From the human T2T-CHM13v2.0 reference genome, Homo sapiens: 64,000 nt of DNA. A program made the translations under genes and the position numbers. Position 1 is the first letter of the stretch; the number at the start of each line of letters is the position of its first letter. The DNA lies in the NCBI RefSeq assembly GCF_009914755.1, contig NC_060928.1, one strand, 5' to 3'. Under the pieces are notes generated by a model, which was given only the letters and a program-made list of their open reading frames with translations, had not been told where the DNA came from and did not search any database. Below are positions 11,912 to 24,400 of the stretch, in pieces.

Positions 11912-14468
11912 TACCTCGCCTTTTCATACACTAACTCCTTTGATTCTCCCCAACAATCCTTTCCCATTTTATAGATGAGAAAACTGAAGCCCAAAGAATA
12001 AGCTCTACTCGCATTCCAGCTTGATGATTAACCAAATCACTATAATCTTCAGAAAGTGAATTAACTTTTCTGTGGCTCATTTTCTTCATCTACTGAAAAA
12101 ATATTGTCAGGTACTTCGTGAGGATTAAAAGGACAGTGGTGTCTAAGAAGTGCTCCGCAAAGTCAAAGACAAGGCAGAATTCTAGGAATCTCACTTAGCA
12201 CATGGTTGTGTTTTTGTCACTTTTTTATTTGCATGGGAAATTTTTAACCACAGTCTTGGCAAAGTACTCCATCCCATTGTCCAAACATCAGTATCCACAG
12301 ATTCTGTTTTCCGAGGTTTTGTTTTGTTTGTTAATTACTGAGTTTGTTTTTCCAAGAACTTCCCTTATGTGCTATAAGTGGAGGATGTTGGGGGGCATGT
12401 GAAGGTGGGGAGCTGTTTCAAACACATTGAACATTTCCATTTCTAAGACAATGTTCGACTGGATAGACAGTGTTCCCTATGATGTGATACATAGTTATGT
12501 TGGAGATTAGTGCGAGCATAGCCTCCTTTGGTATAAGGTTCTCTGATTTGGCTTTCAGAGGATTCAGTGTATTTTGATTTCTACATTTAGAAACCCAAGG
12601 CTTTTTGGTATGCTATGAACACATCGAGGCAAGACTAATTGTAAGCACTTGTACTTAAATATTAGTTTCAAGAATAAGAACCTTCAGAGGTTTCCATATT
12701 GTATTCCACTGGAGTATCATTAAGGGAAGCAATTACTTATCAGGGTATACTCAAAACAACTATCGCATTCGGAGGAAATAATGGGAGTTGTCTGTCTAAA
12801 TTGCTAGGCAGGGGCCCTGGAAATCACTTAGCATAATTCTTGGCATAAGGTAAGCAGTCAATACATGGAACAGAGATTCACCCAAATGAGCACATAGTAT
12901 GTGTTAGGATTTTACACATAGCATGTCATTGAGTCTTTTTAATGTCCCCTGATTTAGGTATGGCTGTTCATTTATAGATGAGGAAACTGAGATTCATGGA
13001 AGTTAGGCGATGTTTATCAGGTCCTTAGGGAAGTAGGTGAGGGCTGAATTTATGATGCCAGCCCATAGGTGCTTGATGTCAAAAGCAATTTTCTTTCCAC
13101 TACACTAGGCTATTTCCTTCCTTGCCTCTTTCCTTTTTGTCTTCCCTCCTCTATAGGGTTCCTTCCACAAATATCAGAAGTCTTTGTGAATGCCAGCCAA
13201 CAACCACTGTCAGCAAGGTATTCCCATTTTATGGATTGGTTCATAGTAGAAAAAAGTGATACCTCAAAGCCACCCCCGAAAAGTTTCAGTATAAAATACG
13301 TAACTTCTTTCTGAATCCTATTCCTCAGCCCTCAACTATAAGCGCGAGGGTACGTTACAGAGGATCCTTTATTTAGGAAAACAAAGTGTTTGGGTCTAGA
13401 CAACAGGCCCATGACAGTCCATCACCCAGGGCCAAGGCTCCCAGCTGCCCAAGGTGGCTGAGATACATGGGAGGAAAAACTGGTCTTGCTTCCAATTTGA
13501 ATTGCAAATGCTTCCTGGAGACAGAAGTCAGGCGGATATGCCCATTTATTTATTGCCTAGTGCTACAATAGCTAAATAAAAATAAATAAATAAAAGTAAA
13601 GCACCTACTGATTTATTATTCAGAATAAATACATAAATAAAGGCCTAGAGCAATAAAAAGGGTTAATTGAGGGCTTTCTTTGCATTTTCCCCTAAACACC
13701 AGTTGTCTTTCTCTTCTATTTCTTCACTTTTTTTCCCCTGTTTTTATGCCTCATGCCTCTTTTAATTTTTTCTGTTTTCCACATCCTTTCTCTCTATCTT
13801 TCTGTCCCTCTCTTCAAGAACCGTTCCCCTTCATCTCCTGAGCACCTCCTCTCTAGTATTTTGTGTCTGGTTCCAAGAGGAAATAGCAGAGCAGTAGAGT
13901 TTTCACCTCCCTGTTGGCAAGTGCTTTGTGTCACACTGTCACTTAGGACACACTGATCTATAGGTCTCTTCTGCTGCTGAGAAGAGACAGGGATGGTGAA
14001 GGTACATCTCGAGCTGGGATATTTTCTCCTAAAATGTACCCTAAAAATTGCACCCAGCATCTAATTTTAAATGGATTACAGAACTGGATTTTTTTCACGG
14101 CTTTTTCTTACTATAAAAGTAATAAATACTTACTGAAAATACAGAAAAATATAAAGAGAGTAATCACCCATTCTTACTGTAATATGAAAGCAATCACTAT
14201 TAAATGTGTATGCCTTTTATCCCTGTATTTTAACAAACATCACGTTTGTTCATATATATCACTAATGATATATCACACATTCATGTATCACTAATTTTAC
14301 ATACATACATGCACTGTTCACATTATTCTAATTCTCATCAACATCATTATGGCTGCATCTTATTCCAATGTGTGAACATACCAAAATACACTGAGTCATA
14401 CTTCTTTTGGTAGATAGCTGGCTTTTTGTTTTTTTTCCATTTTTTGCGTTATAAATAACGCTGCCATG

Positions 14469-14622
14469 AGGCAAACACAGTGGCTTGCACCTGTAATCCC
14501 AGCTACTTGGGAGGCTAAGGAAGGAGGACTGCTTGAGGCCAAGAGTTGGAGGCCATCCTGGGCAACATAGCAAGATCCACCCATCTCTAAAAAATAAAAT
14601 TTAATTTAAAATAATAATAAAT
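14469..14622 (+). mobile_element. Alu monomer (FLAM-like) inside an old L1ME-like fragment
   Basis: Single arm, AT-rich tail, degenerate TSD aaataacgctgccatg / aaataatgttaccatg. Confidence 0.8.
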
Positions 14623-16587
14623 AAATAATGTTACCATGGATGACTTTGTGCAAAAAGTTATTTCTGCAATTTTCAATGGTTTCCTTGGGAAATAATTCCA
14701 AAAGTAAAATTGTGGAATCAAAGGTTATGAATGCTTTTAAGGCTCTGTAAATTGCATTCCAAAAAGTTCGTGCTCTCTCCAAATCCCTTACCACACTAAT
14801 AATCGTTCTTATAAATTGGGTAAAGAAATGTTATAAAGCAAATAACCACCCTCTGATTTGTCCTTTGTGAAACAGGCAAAAAATTGGGAGCCCATCTTTC
14901 CTCTGACTCTCACCGCCCCACCCAATTCCACCTGTGGAGGGTCACCAGCTTATGACCTCTAGGTTTTGTCTCACCTTTTTGCAAGACAAGCCAAATAAAG
15001 CCATTCTCTTATTCATTCATTCAACCACTCGTGAACAGCTACGGAGTAGTTATTTGCCAGGCCCTGTGCCAGTGCTGAGGATATAAAGATGAATAGAACA
15101 TTATCCCTAACTTACATGAACAATGGTGTGGTGGGACAGACAGACATGAAAATAAGACATGAAAATAAGTCTGGTGGGGCGACCAGAGCTCATGGAGGCA
15201 GGCGTGGAGCGCTCCAGGTCCTCCGAGAGGAGCCCCTACTGAGCGTGGGGAGATGATGTCTGACCAGTCCCTAGGTGACATCATAACATAACAGTTACTC
15301 TTTCCTCTGTACTTACAAGCATTGCCTCATTTACCCTCAGAACACCTCCACTAAGGAGATCTTATTGCTCTTTTACAAATGAAAAAAAAAAAAAAATGAG
15401 GTTGAGCAAATTAAATAACTTGTCCCAGATCACACAGCTAAGAAAGGGCGAAACCAAATGTAACTATAAATTCAAAACTTCACATTGGACTCATCAAGGG
15501 TCTACCAAAAAGGCTCCATCAGCCCAAATAAGGTTCCCCCAAGACTTGAGCTCCGACGACCCCATTCCATCCATTAATGACAAAGAGAGGTGCAACCCCT
15601 TCTCAAGCCCGCATCTTCCCAGCAGCCTCCCTTGCTTTGTCCTGCAGGGGTGGCTTTCCTACCTTCTGCTCCTTGTCATCCGGTCTGAACTCCCCTCTTC
15701 TCTTGAGCACGGTGACCCTCAGCACTTCACCCTGCCTAGCCTTGCCATTTGGCTATAAAATTTGTTTTAACTGCCAGGAAACTGATGGAATTATAAAAGA
15801 TCCATGATGATTCTCGGGGCCCTGCCTTCTTTGTCTCTAAAGCAATGCGATCAGAAATGATGACTTGTGAGCCCCTGTGTAATTCTCACGGTATAAAATC
15901 CTGCGAGCCACTGAACCACACCGAGCGCATTTAGAGTTGCTATTAGAATACAAAAGCAAAGGTTTGGTTCAAACTGAAAAGGCAGACACTTGTGGCCTCT
16001 TCCAATGAAGAAGAAAGGAAAAGAAGTATTTTAATGATGTTTTTTAATCATTTCCTCAGAGCACACAATGAGAATATATTTGCTGGGGAATGAAAAAGAA
16101 CACAACATCAATTCAGTGCACAAAACTACTCTAAAACCTAAGGATCTATTCTCACATTTTTCATTAATTCCATCCAGGCTGATAACTTTCAACATTAAGC
16201 CTCCGTGCTTCATCCAACTCAAGTTTCCTAGAAGCACACAAACAAATCAAAATTCATTTGGGGTTGCCAAGAAGTCTTTCAAATATGGGATACCAACCCC
16301 CGTTTCAAGTCCTTTTCACTGCCCAAATTCCAACCTCAACTATGCATTCTCCATTAAAAACGTTCACCCATCAATCCTGTTGGTTTCATCATGAAGTTAC
16401 AGGGACTGAAGACTCATCTTGCTATGTAATAGCAACAAAGATGGTCTCAAACACAGCTTTCCAACAAAAGCACAAAGCTTGAAAAAAAAATGGCTTAATT
16501 CCAAAGGCCCCACTGGGATGTTAGCCTCCCTTCCATAAGAACCTCCAATGTCTCATTGTTTACAATCAGTTCAGCACACTTTTAAAA

Positions 16588-16879
16588 ATCTTTATTATTG
16601 TGGTAAAATATCCATGACATGAAATTAGCCATTTTAACCACTTTTAAATGTATAGTTCAGTGGCATTAAGTCCATTCATATTGCTTTCAACCATCACTGC
16701 TATCCTGTACCCACTAAAAAATAAATTGCTATCCCTCCCTCCCGTCATGTCCTGGTAACCTCCATTCTATTTTCTGTCCGCATGAATTTGACTAGGTCCC
16801 TCATGTAAGTGGAATCACATATTTGTTCCTTGTGTGTCTGGCCTATTTCCCTTAGCACACTGTCTTCAAGGTTCATCCA

Positions 16880-16960
<81 letters not shown>

Positions 16961-17003
16961 CAGAATTCCATTCCTGTTTAAGGCTGAATAATATTCCATT
17001 GTA
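16588..17003 (-). mobile_element. L1MB-like 3' fragment
   Basis: ttgtggtaaaatat...tatagttcagtggcattaag...gtaagtggaatcac...aggctgaataatattccattgta; degenerate TSD tcagttcagcacacttt / tcagttcagtactcttt. Confidence 0.8.
16881..16958. repeat. Compound microsatellite (GT)13(AT)11(AC)15
   Basis: Directly counted. Confidence 0.97.
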
Positions 17004-17321
17004 TTCAGTTCAGTACTCTTTGCATGATGTTTTAAGCCTTCCACATTCTGGCCTGATTTTTTTTTTCTTTATCTTATTTCCCATTTCAGAGACCTACATG
17101 CCTAGGGCAGAGAAGATGAGTCAGGAATTCATCACCTTTTTCCCAGAGATTTTAAGCCTTTTTACCTTTGTTCACACTGGTCCCTTAACCCAGCACATCC
17201 TCCATCGTGCTTTCTCTAATCAAAATCCTAGTTGTTCCCTGCGCTCAATTAATGCCCGTTCCACCATGTGGATCCATGCATACTATGGAGCACCCTCCAA
17301 TTACAGTCGGACCAGCTGTAA

Positions 17322-17729
<408 letters not shown>

Positions 17730-19079
17730 TAGGTTTTTAAAAAATAGAAATTTCTTTTTATTTAAAGCCAGGAAAAAAAATAACGTGACTAATGTGTATT
17801 GAGAACACACATAAAATAAAAATATTGCATGTATAATCTCAGTTTTAAAATGTAGTCATGAATAGCCTTTGGGGGCACTGGACTATTTCTAATGTAAACA
17901 TTTTGAACTATAGAGATATAGCACTTTATTCAGAAAATAATACAAATATTCATCTCCACTCGATTTTCTTTCCCAGTTATAAACAAGAAATATATTAAAT
18001 GGCATAAATAAACTGACAAAAAAGAACGCACAACTTTGCTACTTAAACGGCTTATTGAAAATTCTGACTGGCTATTTCTCTGTAAGATTTGCAGTGCCTT
18101 AGATTTTATACATCCTTTTTGTGGTTAAATTAGTAATAACAGCATTAAAATCTTAAGAACTGTATAGTACTCTATTTAATTATCTTCTCCCATAATTACA
18201 CTGATTAAACACAGCATAAGAGACCATAAAGATAGATAAAACATTATGGCTACAAAACTTTTTTTTTAATGTCCATAAAATGACTATTAAGCCGTAGGTG
18301 ACTAAATTAATATCACCCATACAATTTTATGGGGTTTCCGTCCACATCTAACAGTATCATTTGCCATGATGGCAGATTTTTTTTCATAGCTGTATTGAAA
18401 CTGGAAACTAACACTTTTCAAAAAGATGGGAACGCAGTGGGCTGGCTTGGTCAACTTAGCCAAAAAGAAGAGAGCTCTGTTTGAACCGTGCTCCAAGCTA
18501 TGATCTGCTGTATACATTTAAACCCGCTGACCACCGAACTCCCTTTCTCATCCACCCGCCACTCCCACTGACAAGCCAATGGGGAACAGTGGTTTAGTAA
18601 ATTATCCATTTCTTCATTTTCTTCTGAAAGTCATCTCCAGAGATTTTGGGTTATATTGATGGCACAGGCAATCAAGGAAGCAGATTTTCATTTTCCATCA
18701 TAGGAATGAGCTTCTGAAACACCCAAGAACTTTCATTCTGTGCAATCCGTGCTATTACAAAGATTAAAGAACATGACAAAAATCTCAAGAAAATATAACT
18801 CTAAAAGCTAATCCTACGGGAAGGAAAAGAAAACTATTTGGAAGCTTTTCAAATATAAAGAATAGCTCCCCAGGATCATACTTTAGCAATTAAAAACTTA
18901 TATATATAATTATATATATATATATACACACACGTATATAAAATGAGCTAGCAGAACCAAAATAAACCAACTGATCTGAATGCATTATCACCACTAAAAA
19001 TCTGCACATATTTTCCTTCAGTGCTTGTAAAATGAAAATATATTTCAATACTAAGTTGATCCTTTTATTAAATTGGCAC

Positions 19080-19690
19080 ATATATTTTAAGAACCTATTG
19101 GGAGTCAGCTAAGTCCTAGATGTGATGGGTACAACAATAAACAAAATCAACACAGTCTGTGACTCATGGAGCCTGCAGTCTAGCGGGTGAGGCAGTAAAC
19201 AAACAACAATATGAACAAACTGTGCAAATGTTTTGAGTAAAAGTTAAGGATACTTTAAGAAAAGATAATGACGGAATTCAATTTGGATTCGGTTTGGGAT
19301 AAGAGGTCAGCAAGGCTTGTCTGAGGAAGCAAAATTTAAGAAATGAAGGATAAATGGAAGTTACTGTGAAGAAGACATACAAGAAAGAACACTCTAGGCA
19401 GAGGAGACACAGATTAAAGGCCTTGAGATGAGAAAGAGCTTAACATGTTTGAGACATGCAACACACACATTCCATGAAAGCAGGGTCCCAATCTGTTTTG
19501 CTCACCACAGCACAGAGAAAGTGTCTCGCTCACAGAAGGTGCTCACTAAATATCTATTAAGTGGTTGTTGAGTACATGACTGTGGTCAATGTAGCTGGAG
19601 TTCAGTGAACAAGCAGGGGAGCAGCCTACGACGGGTCTGCTCATGCAGCCAGGAGCCAGATCATGGAGGGTCTTGCCACCATTTTGAAGA
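19080..19690 (-). mobile_element. L2 fragment with nested opposite-strand L2 piece (~19470-19570)
   Basis: Antisense L2 3' motifs (ctcatggagcctgcagtctag, ctgaggaag, ggagccagatcatggaggg); boundaries approximate. Confidence 0.55.
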
Positions 19691-20926
19691 TAACTCCATC
19701 ATCTCACCACAGGACCCAAAACATCCATGCCCAACTTGTTTCCTCTTTTAGTACTGAAACTCAAAGACTTCCCACACGTTTATCTTTATTGTAAGATGTT
19801 TCAAAGGCAGGGGCTATTTCTTACTCATTTTTGTGGCTCCTGTTTCTTTTATGTGCCGTGAATAAACAGGCACTTGATAAATACTTATTGACTGAACTTC
19901 TGCTTATTGAGACCTTACTATGTGCCAGGTAGTGTCCAAAGCACTTTGCATACATTGGCTAATTCAAGTTTCAAAAAAAAATCTGCAAGAAGCATACGTA
20001 TATGTGTGGGTGAGTGTGTGTGTGTTGGTGTGTAATCTTCATTATTTTTGTCTCCAATTACAAATGAGAAAACTGAGGCTAATAGAGGTTAGGGAATTTG
20101 CCCAAGATCACGTTGCTGACAATTACCAAATCTATTATCCTTAGAATGTGTTCCCTTATCTATTACACTAACCAGCCTCCCACAACTAAAATATAAAAAT
20201 AAGAACCCCATTGATTTTTCTTTCAGAGAGAAATATGTATCATGGATATCACATGACATATAAGGAAGTCGTTCATATTATTACAGTACCAAGACTAAAA
20301 TTCATGATGCAAAATGTATTTCCTTCATTAAGCTATGGTAAAATTGAAGGACTTGTTCTTCAGAGCAAATGGGCAAAGTGATTAAAAACAAAACTACTTT
20401 CTTTTAATTAAACTAAGTTTCAGGACAACTGAAAAATTGGACAGACTCTGACCTTGAGCCTGGATTGACTTCCCTGTTGGGTTCTATCATGGGCACCCAA
20501 GCCAGTTTGAGTCCTGGGATACCTTGCTCTGCTAGCTGATCAGGTAAGCTCCTGACTTCCTGAAGATAATTTTATGGTCAGTCCCTGCCATGTTTCCCCA
20601 CAAGACAACACTTCCTCCAATATTGGTGACAGAAAACTGGGCTAGAGAGACTAGAAATCTGACCCACTGTGCCATCCTCATGTTATGATGTTCTTAATGA
20701 GTTTCAAACTAAGCTCTGAAGGTCAGTCAGCTTGTGGGATTCATCAGGAGGGAGGGGGCCAAGGAACCAGAATAGAACGTTTCAAAATAGCAAAAACCAC
20801 CACTGAAACACTCTGCTTCTCAAGTGCCCTGGTTCAAACCAAACCCTTAATCATAAATGGATTGTTCTGTGCCCATACTTCCCACGTTAGTGTCAATGAC
20901 ATGGCAATCAATTCAGGAAAAGTAAT

Positions 20927-21324
20927 TTTATGGTTGGAATGTGTGTGTCCCTTCTAAAACTCATGTGGAAACTTCATCTCTAATGCAACAGTATTAAAAG
21001 GTGGTGCCTTTAGAAGGCGATTGGGCCATAAGGAACCTACCCATGGATGAGATTAGTGCCTTATAAACGGCTTGAGTAGGAGTGAGTTTCCTTCTTCCCT
21101 TTCATCTCTTTGGCCACAAGAAGACACAGCATTTGTCCCATCCACAGGACGCAGCAACAAGGCATCATTTTGAGGCACAGAGCAATCCTTTACTAAACAT
21201 CGAACCTGCCAGCACATTGATCCTAGACTTCTGAGGCTCCAGAACTATCAGAAAGAAATTTCTATTGTTTATAAATTGTACAGTCTATGATATTTTGTTA
21301 TAGCAGCAGGAATGGACTATGGCA
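20927..21324 (+). mobile_element. MST (MSTD-like) MaLR solo LTR
   Basis: tatggttggaatgtgtgtgtccct...aaaactcatgtggaaact start; tattttgttatagcagcaggaatggactatggca end. Confidence 0.78.
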
Positions 21325-21445
21325 GTCATCCAAACCTGAAACTTATTTGACTTTCTGGATTAAAGATAATATCTTGTAGGCATATGCAAATGATTAGGGC
21401 TGAGAGTGGAGATGTGGTGTGTGTCTTACTTTGGGGAAATGCTTT

Positions 21446-24400
21446 TTTTTTTAAATTTCCATAAGTTATTGGGGTATTTGGTTACATGAGTAAGTTCTTT
21501 AGTGGTGATTTGTGAGATTGTGGTGCACCCATCACCCGAGCAGTATACATTGCACCCTATTTGTAGTCTTTTATCCCTCACCCCCCTCCCACTCTTCCCC
21601 CCAAGTCCACAAAGTCCATTGTATCATTTTTATGCCTTTGCGTCCTCATAGCTTAGCTCCCACATATCAGTGAGAACACACAATGTTTGGTTTTCCATTT
21701 CTGAGTTACCTCACTTAGAATAATAGTCTCCAATCTCATCCAGGTCGCTGCAAATGCTGTTAATTCATTCCTTTTTATGTCTGTGTAGTATTCCATTATA
21801 TATATATATATCACAGTTTTTTTAATCCACTCATTGATTGGTGGGCATTTGGGTTCATTCTACAATTTTGCAATTGTGAATTGTGCTGCTATAAAAATGT
21901 GTGCACAAGTATCTTTTTTGAATAATGACTTCTTTTCCTCTGGGTAGATACCCAGTAGTGGGATTGCTGGATCAAATGGTAGTTCTACTTTTAGTTCTTT
22001 AAGGAATCTCCACAGTGTTTTCCATAGTGGCTGTACTAGTTTACATTCCCACCGGAAGTGTAGAAGTGTTCCCTGTTCACTACATCCATGCCAACATCTA
22101 CTTTTTTTTTTTATTTTTTGATTATGGCCTTCTTGTAGGAGTAAGGTGGTATTGCACTGTGGTTTTGATTTGCATTTCCCTGATCATTAGTGTTGTTGAG
22201 CATTTTTTCATATATTCGTTGGCCATTTGAATATCTTCTTTTGAAAATTATTTATTCATGTCCTTAGACCACTTTTTGATGGGATTGTTTGTTTGTTTTT
22301 TCTTACTGATTTGTTTGAGTTTGTTGTAGATTATGGATATTAGTCCTTTGTCAGATGTATAGATTGTGAAGATTTTCTCCTACTCTGTGAGTTGTCTCTT
22401 TACTCTGCTGACTCTTCCTTTTGCCATGCAAAAGCCCTTTAGTTTAATTAGGTCCTAGCTATTTATCTTTGTTTTTGTTGCATTTGCTTTTGGGTTCTTG
22501 GTCATTAAATCCTTGCCTAAGCCAATGTCTAGAAGGGTTTTTCCAAGGTTGTCTTCTAGAATTTTTATAATTTCAGGTTTTAGGTTTAAGTTGTTAATCC
22601 ATCTTGAGTTGATTTTTGTATAAAATGAGAGGTAAGGATCCAGTTTCATTCTCCTACATGTGGCTAGCCAATTATCCCAGCACCATTTGTTGAAAAGGGG
22701 GTCCTTTCCTTCACTTTATGTTTTTGTTTGCTTTGTCAAAGATTGGTTGGCTGCAAGTATTTCCATTTATTTCTGGGTTCTCCATTCTGTTCCGTTTGTC
22801 TATGTGCCTATTTTTATACCAGTACCACACTGTTTCGGTGACTATAGCCTTATAGGATAGTTTGAGATCAGGTAGTGTGATACCTCCAGATTTGTTCTTT
22901 TTGCTTAGGCTTGCTTCGGCTATGTGGGTTCTCTTTTGGTTCCATACGAATTTTAGAATTTTTTTTTTTTGTAATTCTGTGAAGAATGATGGTAGTATTC
23001 TGATGGGGATTGTGTTGAATTTGTAGATTGCTTTTGGCAGTATGGTCATTTTCACAATATTGATTCTACCCGTCCATGACCATGGGATGTGTTCCTATTT
23101 GTTTGTGTCATCCACGATTTCTTTCAGCAGTGTTTCATAGTTTTCCTTGTAGATGTCTTTCAACTCTTTTGTTAGGTATATTCCTAAAAAGTTTTTTAGT
23201 TTAGTTTAGTTTTGTTTTGTTTTTTGCAGCTATTGTAAAAGAAGTGAGTTCTTGATTTCATTCTCTGCTTGGTCGCTTTTGGTGTATAGAAGAGCTACTG
23301 ATTTGTGCACATTAATCTTGTATCCGGAAACTTTGCTGAATTCTTTTATTAGTTCTAGGAGCTTTCTAGAGGAGTCCTTAGGGTTTTCAAGGTAAACAAT
23401 CATATCGTCAGCAAACAGTGACAGTTTGACTTCCTCTTTACCGATTCGGATGTCCTTTATTTCTTTCTCTTGCCTGATTGCTCTGGTTGGACTTCCAGTA
23501 CTATGTTGAAGAGGAGTGGTGAGAATGGGCATCCTTGTCTTGTTCCAGTTCTTAGAGGGAATGCTTTCAACTTTTCCCCATTCAGTATTACGGTGGCTGT
23601 GGATCTGTCATAGATGGCTTTTATTACATTAAGGTATATGCCTTGTATGCTGATTTTGCTGAGAGTTTTAATCATAAAGTGATGCTGGATTTTGTCTAAT
23701 GCTTTTTCTGCATCTACTGAGATGATCATGTGATTTTTGTTTTTAATTCTGTTTATGTGGTGTACCACATCTATTGACTTGCATATGTTAAACCATCCCT
23801 GCGTCCCTGGTATGAAACCCACTTGATCATGGTGGATTATCTTTTTGATATGTTGTCAGATTCTGTTAGCTAGTATTTTGTTAAGGATTTTAGCATCTAT
23901 GTTCATCAGGGATATCAGTTTGTAGTTTTCTTTTTTGGTTGTGTCCTTTCCTGGTTTTGGTATTAGGGTAATGCTGGCTTCATAGAATGAGTTAGGGAGG
24001 GTTTTTTCTTTCTCTATCTTGTGGAATAGTGTCAAAAGGATTGGTAACAATTCTTCCTTGAATATCTGGTAGAATTCTACTGTGAATCCTTCTGGTCCTG
24101 GACTTTTTTTGTTAGTAAATTTTTAATTACCGTTTCAATCTCGCTGCTTGTTTTTGGTCTGTTCAGGGTATCTAATTCTTCCTGCTTTGAGCTAGGAAAG
24201 TTGTATTTTTCCAGGAATTTATCCATCTCTTCTACACTTTCTATGTGCATAAAGGTGTTCATAGTAGCCTTGAATCATCTTTTGTATTTCAGTGGTGTCA
24301 GTTGTAATATCTGCTGTTTCATTTCTCAGTGAGGTTATTTGGATTTTCTCTCTTCTTTTCCTGGTTAATCTTGCTAATGGTCTATCAATTTTATCTTTTC

